From an archaeon (GTDB lineage Archaea; Asgardarchaeota; Thorarchaeia; Thorarchaeales; Thorarchaeaceae): a stretch of DNA of 32,000 nucleotides. The stretch spans positions 1 to 32,000 of the forward strand of contig JAJRZD010000059.1 of assembly GCA_024275415.1 (NCBI GenBank), read 5' to 3'. Both the position numbers and the translations under genes were made by a program. The notes beneath the pieces were generated by a model. That model ran no database searches, had not been told where the DNA came from, and saw only the letters and a list, made by a program, of their open reading frames with translations. The first letter of the stretch is position 1; each line of letters begins with the position of its first letter. Shown here in pieces: positions 1-10,300 of this stretch.

Positions 1-2
1 GA

Positions 3-434
3 TACATGAACGCATTCCGAGCGCTGCCTATAGCAGGGCTGAGTGAGAATGGAGTGTTCGCATGTCATGGTGGAGTGCCTGAGCATGTTCATTCGTTAGC
101 AGACTTGCAGATTGGAAATAGGTATGCAATCAACTTTGAGGACCCAATCATCATGCAAGTCGTATGGAACGACCCCGTGGAGAGCGATGTCGAGTTCAGA
201 GAGAACATAAGAGGTGCTGGTATTCGAACCTATGGAAAAAGAGCATTCGATAGGTTCATGGAGGACTTGGATCTTACGCTGATGATCAGAGCCCATCAAG
301 TGTTCCCAGAGGGGTATAAGATGTTCTTCGATGGAAAGCTTCTCAGTATCTTCAGCACAAAATACAACGGACGCGTAACACCAAAAGTCGCAAGAATAGG
401 AAAGAACCTCATCTATGAAACCATCCCCATTTGA
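3..434 (+). CDS. PPP-family Ser/Thr protein phosphatase (PP1-like), 5'-truncated by the window edge
   Basis: C-terminal PPP motifs in order: CHGG, WNDP (cf. WSDP), RG, RAHQV..EGY, LLSIFS..Y. The frame is open upstream of ATG at 6, so the gene starts outside the window. Confidence 0.9.
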   Translation, partial: YMNAFRALPIAGLSENGVFACHGGVPEHVHSLADLQIGNRYAINFEDPIIMQVVWNDPVESDVEFRENIRGAGIRTYGKRAFDRFMEDLDLTLMIRAHQVFPEGYKMFFDGKLLSIFSTKYNGRVTPKVARIGKNLIYETIPI

Positions 435-444
435 GCACTCCCGA

Positions 445-486
445 AATTTAGTAGTACGGAATATCATATTGGACTAAATTCTTAAG
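445..486. promoter_or_regulatory. Candidate operator and TATA-like element upstream of the DUF362 operon
   Basis: AATTTAGT (445-452) / ACTAAATT (473-480) inverted repeat encloses the palindrome AATAT-C-ATATT (460-470). TTCTTAAG at 479-486; SD-like AAGGAG at 541-546 before ATG 556. Confidence 0.35.
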
Positions 487-555
487 GCGCACAGCAAGTT
501 CTCTCGAATAAACCAGAGGACTATTTGATTTGCTAAGAAAAAGGAGCCGATTCCA

Positions 556-1638
556 ATGGTCAAAGTCGCAGTAGTAAAGACCTCACCAAAGACAGTCTAT
601 GAAGATATTGCTCGTGTTTTGGACGCCGCGGAATACCAGAAATTCGTTTCAAAAGATGTGGCGACAACCATCAAGCTCAATCTCTCGTGGAGTAAATTCT
701 ATCCAGCCTGCTCGACGAACCCCTATGTCTTTGATGGGTTACTGCGAAAGATGATCGCAGATGGGTTCAGCAACCGACGCATTCAGGCAGTCGAGAATGA
801 AACTGTTGTGACGAATATATTTGCAGGCACTCATGGGAACAACTGGTACCCTGTCATCAAGAAGCACAAGATCAAGTTCCTTCCTCTCATCCATGCCAAC
901 TATGTGGATGTCAAACTCCCACGAGAAACTCTCGTCCTTGAAGACACGTTTGGCGAGGTCATCGCTCCCAAGGAGATATTCGGCACAAATATCATCCATC
1001 TTCCAACTTTCAAGACTCACGGCCACACCCAGATGACTGGTGCACTAAAGGATTCCTTTGGACTGTATCTTACAAAGAATAGACATCTTGCACATCTCAA
1101 GATCCATGAGGTACTCGTCGACCTACTATTGCTACAGCAAACTATCTCCCATTCCGAATTCGTTCTGACAGATGGAACGGTAATGGGTGACGGCGCAGGT
1201 CCAAGAACAATGATTCCAAAGATTGGAAACCTACTACTGGCTACTAACGATATGGTGGCTGCGGACACGGTCCAAACAAAAATCATGGGCTTGGATCAGA
1301 AGAAGGTACACAAACTACAGATAGCCAAGGAACTCGGACTTGGTGAGTCAAATCTGGACAACATCGAAATAGTAGGGGATTTCGAGTCTGCAGAGGATCT
1401 TCCCAATTTCCACATGAGTCCAGGGAAAAGCCCTGTGATTGCCTGGAATCGTGGGTTCCTGAAGTTCCCCGGAATGGAAACGTTGTTGTTCCGCTCTCCA
1501 CTGATGTGGCTCCCGACACAGCTCTCCGGATTGTACCACGATGGGTTTTGGCTCCCTCTGAAGGGGAAGAAATGGGTGAAGTGGTTCCTTGAGGAAACTG
1601 AATGGGGCGAACTCTGGAAGACCTACAGCAAGAACTAG
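556..1638 (+). CDS. DUF362 family protein without appended ferredoxin domain
   Basis: N-terminal KVAVVKT, IKLNLSW..FYP..STNP, HLPTFKTHGHTQMTGALK..FG, DGT..GDG.GP and D.VA.D match the DUF362 pattern as I recall it. Only one Cys; SD upstream. Confidence 0.75.
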   Translation: MVKVAVVKTSPKTVYEDIARVLDAAEYQKFVSKDVATTIKLNLSWSKFYPACSTNPYVFDGLLRKMIADGFSNRRIQAVENETVVTNIFAGTHGNNWYPVIKKHKIKFLPLIHANYVDVKLPRETLVLEDTFGEVIAPKEIFGTNIIHLPTFKTHGHTQMTGALKDSFGLYLTKNRHLAHLKIHEVLVDLLLLQQTISHSEFVLTDGTVMGDGAGPRTMIPKIGNLLLATNDMVAADTVQTKIMGLDQKKVHKLQIAKELGLGESNLDNIEIVGDFESAEDLPNFHMSPGKSPVIAWNRGFLKFPGMETLLFRSPLMWLPTQLSGLYHDGFWLPLKGKKWVKWFLEETEWGELWKTYSKN

Positions 1639-1647
1639 GTGATGCGA

Positions 1648-2607
1648 ATGAATATCAAAGACTACTTGAGAATCATGCGGCCACACCAGTGGTACAAGAA
1701 CTTCCTAATCTATCTTGCAATACTCTTTGTCGATGTGCGGGAACCACTGCCTGCCATCCTTAACTTTGTCAACTATATTCCCCTCACACTGGGATTTGCA
1801 GCATTTTGTATGGTTTCAAGTGCGGGTTACATTTTCAATGATGTGAAGGACATCGAAGAAGACGCAGCTCACCCAGAAAAGAAAAATCGTCCTTTACCTG
1901 CTGGAACGATCAGTAGAGAAACTGCTCTGGTATTCGGTGCGGTTCTCATAGTCGCAGGGCTGACGCTGTCCTATTTCCTGAATGGGATATTCTTCATCAT
2001 GGTCATCTTGTACATCCTCAACTCACAGGCCTACAATTATTACTTACGCAAGTACGCTGTTGTCGATGTTGTTACTATTGGAACAGGTTTTATCATTAGG
2101 GCCATATCAGGAACCTTTCTGGTCGCAGTGCCATTCACATCTTGGCTCATCCTTGGTGTATTCTTTGTGGCATTGGTGCTCGGCTTTGGAAAACGCAAGA
2201 ATGAACTCATGTTAATGGGAGAAGATGCTGCCCTTCACAAGCCGGTATTCAAGCAATACAACATGGCATTCTTGGATCAGGCGGTGGGGATGTCGGCGAC
2301 TTGGCTTGTGTTTTTCTACACGCTCTACGTCTACCAGAACTTCGGGCAGTATTTCGATACTCAACCTGTCCTACTCACAGTCCCGATTGTCGCCGGTGTG
2401 ACTTTGCGTTACATCTACCTGATATACATCGGACATCCAGTAGGTAGAAAGCCACACCTTGCCATCAAGGACAAGGGAATGGTCGCGGGAATCATCCTTT
2501 TCGGGCTCATCCTTGCCATCACTGTCCTTAGGATTGGCGACCAGACCATCTGGACAATCATCTTCAACTACTTTAGTGGATTGATTCCAGAGCCTCCGGT
2601 CATGTAG
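1648..2607 (+). CDS. UbiA-superfamily prenyltransferase, decaprenyl-phosphate phosphoribosyltransferase (DPPR synthase)-like
   Basis: RPHQWYKN, Asp-rich NDVKDIEED..HPEK.NRP, D...I..GFIIRA..G, SWL......L.LGFGKR.NE; about 8-9 hydrophobic segments. Start placed at ATG 1648 behind the GGTGA SD (1638-1642); the ORF track starts at GTG 1639. Confidence 0.85.
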   Translation: MNIKDYLRIMRPHQWYKNFLIYLAILFVDVREPLPAILNFVNYIPLTLGFAAFCMVSSAGYIFNDVKDIEEDAAHPEKKNRPLPAGTISRETALVFGAVLIVAGLTLSYFLNGIFFIMVILYILNSQAYNYYLRKYAVVDVVTIGTGFIIRAISGTFLVAVPFTSWLILGVFFVALVLGFGKRKNELMLMGEDAALHKPVFKQYNMAFLDQAVGMSATWLVFFYTLYVYQNFGQYFDTQPVLLTVPIVAGVTLRYIYLIYIGHPVGRKPHLAIKDKGMVAGIILFGLILAITVLRIGDQTIWTIIFNYFSGLIPEPPVM

Positions 2608-2622
2608 GAGTGAGGGACATCA

Positions 2623-3297
2623 TTGAATCGCCGGCTTTCTGCATTTGACCTTCACACGCATACACTGCACTCTAAAGACGGGTTGAACGACCCGAAAGGT
2701 CTCTTCAAGTTGATGAAGAAGAAAAATCTTCGGGGACTGGCATTGACCGAGCATTGGAGAGCGTCCACGCTGAAGGTGATCGAGAAGGACGACCGGTTCA
2801 TATTACCCGCATGCGAGTTCAAGACGACAGACTATGGCGAGGTCATCGGGCTCTTCCTATCAGACCACATCGAAAACAGGACATTCGAGGAGGTAGCAGA
2901 TGATGTCCATGCACAGGGAGGACTGGTCGTACTCCCACATCCGTGCGACCCTCTGAGGAAGCACACAGCCATTCGAAAAGGTCTCCCAGAGAACCTAATG
3001 AGAAAGCATGTAGATTTGATTGAGGGAATTAATTCCCGTTGTATCATCAACCTGTTCAATACATGGGCTCAGAAGCTTGCAAAGAGACTCGAAAAACCTG
3101 TCACGGCAGGCAGTGACGGGCACTCGTTCCTAGAAGTTGGGAACGCTCGGACTTGGTTGCAGGACATCAGTTGTCCAGAGGACATCTACACGGCACTCAA
3201 GAAAGGGAGAACCCAGATAACTGGACACTGCTCGATATTCCTTTACCATATCCCGACAATGCTATGGCAAAGATTGAGGAAGATTGCTTATGAATGA
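2623..3297 (+). CDS. PHP-domain metal-dependent phosphoesterase
   Basis: DLHTH..HS.DG, LTEH, CEF, GEVIGLF, HP.D, EGINSR and GSDGH metal-ligand motifs; TTG start with purine-rich GGAGTGAGGG upstream. Confidence 0.85.
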   Translation: MNRRLSAFDLHTHTLHSKDGLNDPKGLFKLMKKKNLRGLALTEHWRASTLKVIEKDDRFILPACEFKTTDYGEVIGLFLSDHIENRTFEEVADDVHAQGGLVVLPHPCDPLRKHTAIRKGLPENLMRKHVDLIEGINSRCIINLFNTWAQKLAKRLEKPVTAGSDGHSFLEVGNARTWLQDISCPEDIYTALKKGRTQITGHCSIFLYHIPTMLWQRLRKIAYE

Positions 3298-4321
3298 AAT
3301 AGATATAGAACAAGGAACCAAAAGTAGGTCTTTCATCAGTTTTGGTAAACTATTTGCGCTCATCATAGTAGGTATGGTCATCTATCTGTTGATGATGTAC
3401 CTTTCCAAATGGGAAGAAGTCGTTGGCATCATTGTAAACATGGAGTGGTACTGGATCATCCCCACCATGATGATGCTAAGTTTCCTGAACTATGTCATTC
3501 GGTATTTCAAGTGGAACTACTACCTAAAACGGATAGATGTCCACTTCTCCCATGCCGATAGCTTCAGCATCTTCCTTGCGGGTTTCACGCTGACGGTCAG
3601 CCCAGGCAAGATTGGCGAAGCAATCAAGGGATACTTCTGCAGGGACGTGGATGGGACACCAGTGGCCAAGACGATTCCTGTCGTAGTTTCAGAACGAGTG
3701 ACTGACCTGCTTGCCATGGTGTTTCTTGCAGCTTTCACGTTTCTATTCATTTTCACAGAGGGCAACCAGCTTCTGTTTGTTGTTGCGTTAGGAGGCGCCG
3801 TGGTCGTGGGCGCGTTCGTCCTGACCAATAAGACATTCTACAACAAGATTCTCAAACGGATGACCTCATTTGGCCCGCTGAAGCAGTTTCAGGACAGTTG
3901 CGATGTGATCGAAGACACTATGGTTCGCACACTCTCGCCCAAACCCATGATGGTCGGCGTGCTGATAAGCATCCCCGGCTGGTTCATGGAATGCATAGAA
4001 CTGTGGCTCCTTCTCTCAGTCCTCTCTGGAGCTGGTCTGCCATCACTCTCTGCTGCATCATTATTCATCCTTATCCAAGCGACCTTTGTCCATGCCAGCG
4101 CCTCTGCAATCGGGGCTGTCGCATTCTTCGCCCCCGGAGGACTTGGAGCATACGAGATATATGCTCCAGCAGTATTGACCTCGCTCGGTTTCATAGTGGC
4201 AGTGGCGACAGCAAGCACTATCTTGATCAGATTTGTCACTCTGTGGTTCAGCGTCGTCGTTGGGTTTGTGGCACTGGGCATTGTCACCTATCGGAACCGA
4301 AAACGGCATTGTGAAACTTGA
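3290..4321 (+). CDS. UPF0104 / lysylphosphatidylglycerol-synthase TM-region protein (putative flippase, AglD2-like)
   Basis: About 8-9 TM segments with R..KW..YL, PGKIGEAIK, SERV.DL and PGGLG.YE motifs; ATG 3290 overlaps the PHP stop by 8 nt. Confidence 0.8.
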   Translation: MNEIDIEQGTKSRSFISFGKLFALIIVGMVIYLLMMYLSKWEEVVGIIVNMEWYWIIPTMMMLSFLNYVIRYFKWNYYLKRIDVHFSHADSFSIFLAGFTLTVSPGKIGEAIKGYFCRDVDGTPVAKTIPVVVSERVTDLLAMVFLAAFTFLFIFTEGNQLLFVVALGGAVVVGAFVLTNKTFYNKILKRMTSFGPLKQFQDSCDVIEDTMVRTLSPKPMMVGVLISIPGWFMECIELWLLLSVLSGAGLPSLSAASLFILIQATFVHASASAIGAVAFFAPGGLGAYEIYAPAVLTSLGFIVAVATASTILIRFVTLWFSVVVGFVALGIVTYRNRKRHCET

Positions 4322-4353
4322 TCAATGGAAAAGTCATTTCCTAGCGTGTCCAG

Positions 4354-4387
4354 AAAAATGTAGAGTGGGGGAGGAACCCCCATTCTA
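4354..4387 (-). terminator. Hairpin terminator between convergent operons
   Basis: TAGAGTGGGGG (4361-4371), loop AGGAA, CCCCCATTCTA (4377-4387): 11-bp stem with one non-WC pair. On the minus strand it is followed by TTTTT (4358-4354) and starts 11 nt after the stop at 4398. Confidence 0.6.
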
Positions 4388-4397
4388 TCTGTACTAA

Positions 4398-7300
4398 TCA
4401 CTCCATCTTGATCCCAAGACTGTTAAGCAAAGCCTCAAGGTCAGCCTTGGACAGAGTCTTTGCTTCCTCAAGGATGACCTCGATCTCGGCAGGTGCCAGT
4501 CCCTTCGCGAGGAGCTTCTGCCTTATCTCCTCAACCTCTTCAGGACGGGACTCGAGTGCAGCTGTTTCAACTGGCTTCTCGGGCTCTCTTTCCCTTGCAA
4601 GCGTGTCAGCCCTGCGGGCTTCCTCCTGAGCAATGACTTCCCTGATAAAGCCGGGTCTCTCGCTTGCCTTCATCTTGGCAAGGTCAGCTCTGAACGCTTC
4701 GATCTCAACAGCACCCAGTCCTGTAATCTCAGCAAGACGATCAAGAAGCTCGTTCACTTCTGGGACATGAGCTTGAATGGTTTCACCCACAACGTCATCC
4801 GGTTCCTTCACAAGTCCTATGGGTTTGAGTTCGTCTTGGATTATGGAAAGGAGCGTCATCTGGCGAGTCGGGGCACGGGCGGGCCTTGGCACCTTTCCTT
4901 TCTTCAGCTCCTTAATCATCCGGTTCAGTGCGCGTATCTGAACAGGGATGCTCCAGACACGCACGTAGTAGTACATCAGCACGGCTCCAATGATGAGTAG
5001 CGAGCCGATACCATAAGTGGCATTCTGGACAAGCACCTGTTCTGGCGTAGGATTGGAATCAATCTGAAGGTCAATTGCCGCTGCTGCATAGTCGCCTCTC
5101 GAGAACTGTATGGTCAGGTCATAGATGCCACCCTGCTCCACGACAAAGTACAGCACATAAGTTCCACCGTATTCGTCTATAGTGCGAATGAAGGATGGAT
5201 AATAGATGACCGCATCTGGATTGTCTGCTGTCACAGTATATGTGATGGTTGCATCGGGAATCGTTCTACCGTGGTCAATATCGAGATATGATATCGTCAG
5301 TTCGATGGTCTGACCAGGTAGTGTTTGAATAAGAGAGGAATCGTGGCTGATAAGGACAAGATCCGTGTCTACCTGTCTCACAGTGACAATGATCTGATAT
5401 GGTGAGATTTGGTATAGAGGTTTGATGAACGAGAGGTCAATTGTATATTCACCTATGTCCAAATCTCCAGGAATCTCAAGGATGTAGCTACCATTCTCCG
5501 CTATATCAAGAACCACCTGCTCAAGCCCAACCCAGTTCGCAATACCTGACGCATCACTGACGAACTCAGATACGATAGTGTTGTTCAGGTTATAATAGAA
5601 TACCAACGAGTCGTTTACAGGGATGGATATATATCGAGGCCCTTGAACGACAACTGGGAATGCATTGAGGTCAAGTCGTACCTTAAGATATGCCGTATCG
5701 TAGTTCTGCAAGATGAAGCGTACCTCTACATCATACCTCTTCGGTGTAGTCACATTCAAGTTCACGGCAACCGAGTACGTGCCATTTCCATAATCAGTGA
5801 CTTCTCCTGATCCGCCATCCCAAGAAGCCCGAACATCTGCCCCTGAGAGGGGAACATCGTGAAGTGAGTCGTTCAGTGAGAAGACATATACTACTGTATC
5901 ACCAAAGTAGCCGGCCTTGGAGCTAAGGTCAACCTCTACTGTTGTTGGAATTGGTTGGATGTTCACAAGGAACCGCACAATCTTTGTTTCATAGTACTCC
6001 TTTGAAAATGTAATCTTGAGGTAGATTGATTGTGCTGGCAACGAGGAGGTGTCGATTGTTGCTACGTAAGAGCCATTAGGCAACTCAGTTAACGAACCTG
6101 TTATATTTGCGAGGGCATATGTGACATTTGCACCTCTAATCAGACCACCGCCGAGATTGTCAGTCAGCGTCAATAAAAGATCTAGGTCTTCACCGTAATA
6201 GCTAAAAATGCTCGTAGCCAAATTGGGAAGATTCAATGAAATGGGAATAGGGTCGACTATAACCACAACAACCAAGTCTAGGAAATCATAGTTATTGTGG
6301 AATGCAGACACCTGCAACTCGTATTGTCCTATAGCAAAGCCTACAGTGTCAATATTGCTGACATAATAACCGGGGGTTCCATTCGTGACCATGCTGTAAA
6401 TTGTATTATTCCACTCTGCGGTAATGACAGCGTCGGTTATCGGTTGGTTCCTGTTTGTATCGTTGAGATAGACCCAAATCTGTCGGGTCGTATTTGTAAT
6501 GATGTTTATGAACGTCTGCTCTGGGATCACGTAGCCGATAGCCTTGGAAATGATGAAGGTCATCGTTGTCTGCTTTGGTTGATAGAACTCCTTTGTGATA
6601 GTAATTTGCGGCTGAGACACTCCGAAGTCATTGTCGGTCGTGTCAACAACCGTAACATATGTCCAATTGAGTAGGTCGCTGAACACATAGATACTCCCAT
6701 TCCAATATAGTGTGGCATTCATCCCTGGTATGTAAGTCCCATACAACGGGTCTTTGACATCTATCTTGATTGTCAACTGGTCGCCCCAATCCGCATAGAC
6801 TGTTGTGCTGGCAAGGATGATCTCAGCCGATGCGTCCCCAGGCGTTACACTGACGGTTATGTTGGCAATCACATAGAAGGCCAGTTCTGCTTGGATAGTG
6901 AACACGTATTCCTGTGCTAGTAGTCCAGTTGTGTTTATTGTAATCCTATAAGCTCCAGAACCCAGGTCTTGGATTATTGCATCTGTCGAATATAGAGTTA
7001 CCCAGTCAGTGGTTATCGCAGCTCCTGAGATAGGAGAGCCATCCTGAGTGGTCGTAAAGGTCAGATTGACTAGGATAGGTTGCCCAACAGGTTGCGATGC
7101 TACGGAGGGAACCTCTGCGATAAGAATTGTCGGGATGAGGATAATCTTCGCTGGTATCTGGCTTGCCGAACGTGCACTGTAGAATGGAGACCCAGATATT
7201 GACACGCTGACATTGAAATATATGGTGCCGGTGTTACCGAACTGCGCTGTCGGGACTATGATTTCGTATAACCCCGAACCAAGGTCAGTGATGTAGTGAG

Positions 7301-10300
7301 TCGGGCTTGTCATATTCAAGAATGAAACGGTCACTATTGCCCCTTGGATTCCGCTGTCTGTCAGGAAATCAATGTACTCGAAGTTGATTGTGATGTTCTC
7401 ATAGTATGGAGTGTCCGCTACGAGCGGAAACAGTATCTGTGTGGGTCTCTCAGTAGTCGTGACTGATGTTGATATGCTCCGAGGTGCATAGTATGGTACT
7501 CCTGCACTTGCATCAATAGTCATCTGAATTGGATGACCTGTTACCAATGCACTTGGATTCAGGATTGTCGAGTTGAACGAGATAGTATAGATACCGCCCG
7601 ATTCTGTGAGTGTGTAATCTGTACTTACGATGACAGTCATCCCTGCGCCATGGGTTAATGTGATCTCGGCCTTGGTGATTGAGATGCTTATGCCAGTCAG
7701 GAAATCGGTATAACGGAACTTGAACACGACCAGCTCCAGGAAGGGGACTTCGCCAGGAGTTTGTGTGATGAGTATCTGGGTTGTTCTCTGGGTGACTCGC
7801 GAGTTCACGTTGGCACTGGCAAGGGCATAGAACGGAGAGCCGCTCCTTGAGATGTTGACCTGCAAGACGAACACACCCACGCTCCCAAGAGCGGTGCTAT
7901 CGATTTCGATGAGATACTCTCCAGTCCCAAGATCAGACACCCAATAGTTGGTGTTGATTAGCAGGGAAGATGAAGAGTTAGAACAGTAAACAACTACAGA
8001 GCCTCCAGATATTGGAGTGCTCGTCGAATCATCAAGATAGGTCACGATGAATGAAACGTTGTTCAGATATGGTGTAGGATCAGGGGTTTCATAGCCCAGC
8101 TGGGTTATCCGCTCAATGATAGTGAGTTCAAAGATTTCGATAGCATCCGAGGCAAAGTTGGATCCATCATAGATTATGGTCGCGTTGATGTAAAACAGCC
8201 CAGCGCTTGCAAAATAGGTGGTATTGATCTCTGCAAGATAATGTCCTCCACCTAGTGATGTGATGGTATACGCTGCTAATGAAAGGTTGAAACTAAGTAT
8301 GCCGGTCATGCCACTAGATGTCCCTGACACCAAATCTGTGTACACGAATTCGATGGTCACATTTTGACCCCATTGCGGAGCTGCAAATGAGAGATGTGTG
8401 AGCTGGGTAGACCGATACGTGACTGTCACCGAGAAGTCTTGAAAAGCCTCTTCATAGAACGGTTCACCAATCCATGTGATGTTAAGGGTCAAACTGCTCG
8501 TGCCAACGCCTAACGCAGAGGTGTCAATCCTCATGGTGAATACCATTGTCACACTGTCATACAACAGAGTAAATGGCACACCACCACCGACGATGCTGAT
8601 GTACAGATTGCTTGAGTTAGAAATCTTCTCCGACGTAAGGGAGTTTACATAGCTGAATGAGAAATCAGCAAGTTCGCCATAAGGTGTAGATCCAATTGGG
8701 GTGTAATCCACATAGGTTGGAATCCCAAGAACCACAAGTGTAACGGTGATGGTCTGATTTTCATAAAGGGGATTGATTGCCTTTCTCCAAAGGAAATCGA
8801 TTTGGAACTTGAAAGTTCTTGCAGCACCAAATAACGAGGCGTTCAGCTCAAAACTGTAGGTGCCACTTGTGTCTATCTCCGCTATCACAAAGTCTGCTTG
8901 AGTCACACTGTGTCCTGTAGTAATCGGAATAACAGAAATCAGCACATTGTTTGTGGAGTTCGATATCCTTGTGGCATTCACCACATCATAATAGACGAGG
9001 GTGAACGTGAAGTTGTCGAGATAGTTTGTTGCAGTCGGAGCTATCTCCAGATAGAGATCGGTTTCCGTTCCCAAAAGCCTGACCCTAGTATCCAGCACCT
9101 GTGAGTAGTAAGTCTGTCCACCCGTCCAAGAAGCTGTGATTGTCAGATTCTTCCATCCTATAGACGACCATTGTGAGCTCGATATAGTGATATTATAGTG
9201 TCCATCGCCCAGAGCTGAAACAGACGAGATGAAGGCTAGAGATGTTACATCAGGGGATGTGATATCAAAATCGACAAAGCCAGACCCATTCGTGATTCCT
9301 TGAAGCAAGTCTGTGTCTTGATAGAACACAAGAACCACAATGTCCTGCCCAATGGGGGTCTGCTCGATGGGAGAGTCGAGGACGAACTGGGTATTGTGTC
9401 TGCGAATCTCGACTCCTATTGAGAATGTGTGATTCTGGTAGTCCTTTCGAGTCACATTGAAGACCACATTGTAGAGGTTGCTTGGTGTGGTCAATGGGTC
9501 ATCGATCTCTGTGAATATCGTGACGTTGTACACGCCCGGGCTTGTTTCGACGACAGTGTAGTTTTGCTCACCCGTTGTGTGGAACGATGTCCAGTTGCTT
9601 GTGATTGCTGATGCCATCCCTGTGATGGGTTGGTCATTATCAGTGTCATACCATGTAATGGTAAACGAAGCAGACTCGCCAACTGGGATTGATAGTTGAT
9701 TTGCTGAATAGCTGACTGTGTTATAGACCTCACGGATTTCTACAAACATCAGCATACTTCGGGGTTCTACAAATGATGCACTTGCTGAGATCAAAACGGG
9801 ATAACTACCGAAAACTATCCCAGAAGTAGTAAGAACAATTTGGTACTGACCTGAACCAATCTCTGTAACCGTGTAGGAATTTGTCCAATTCGTCTGTATC
9901 GAGGCACCAAGAATTCCTGTCCCGTTGACATTCTTGAATTCCACAATGAACGTCTGGTCATTGCCGATAGGACCCTGAATCCCAGGATAATCAGGAGATG
10001 TCAGTTCAGCATTATAATTGACATTCACTGTCAGAACCGCATTCGCAGTATCAAAATTATTTGCAGTCCATGTTAGGTCGATTGTGTATTGACCCTTACC
10101 AGGGAGTAGCGAGGTATCAAGAACTTTGGTATACTGTCCATTACCACTATCATCGAAGGTATCGCTTCCCAAGACCCAGTTCATCGAGAGTGTACCTCCG
10201 GGAACGACCACCTGACTGTCTGTATCGTTGGCAGTGATGATGATCAGCAAGAGGTCACCATAAGTCACGTTCGTCTTCCAAGTACCTACTGCATCATCCG

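Noticed and set aside
1630-1650. DUF362 and UbiA ORFs are in the same frame, separated by a single TAG (possible pyrrolysine or readthrough fusion)
   Set aside because: Same-frame adjacency has a 1-in-3 prior; the TAG overlaps a GGTGA SD well placed for ATG 1648; TAG is an ordinary stop for several other genes here (UbiA, cupin, 3-TM protein, acyl-CoA synthetase).
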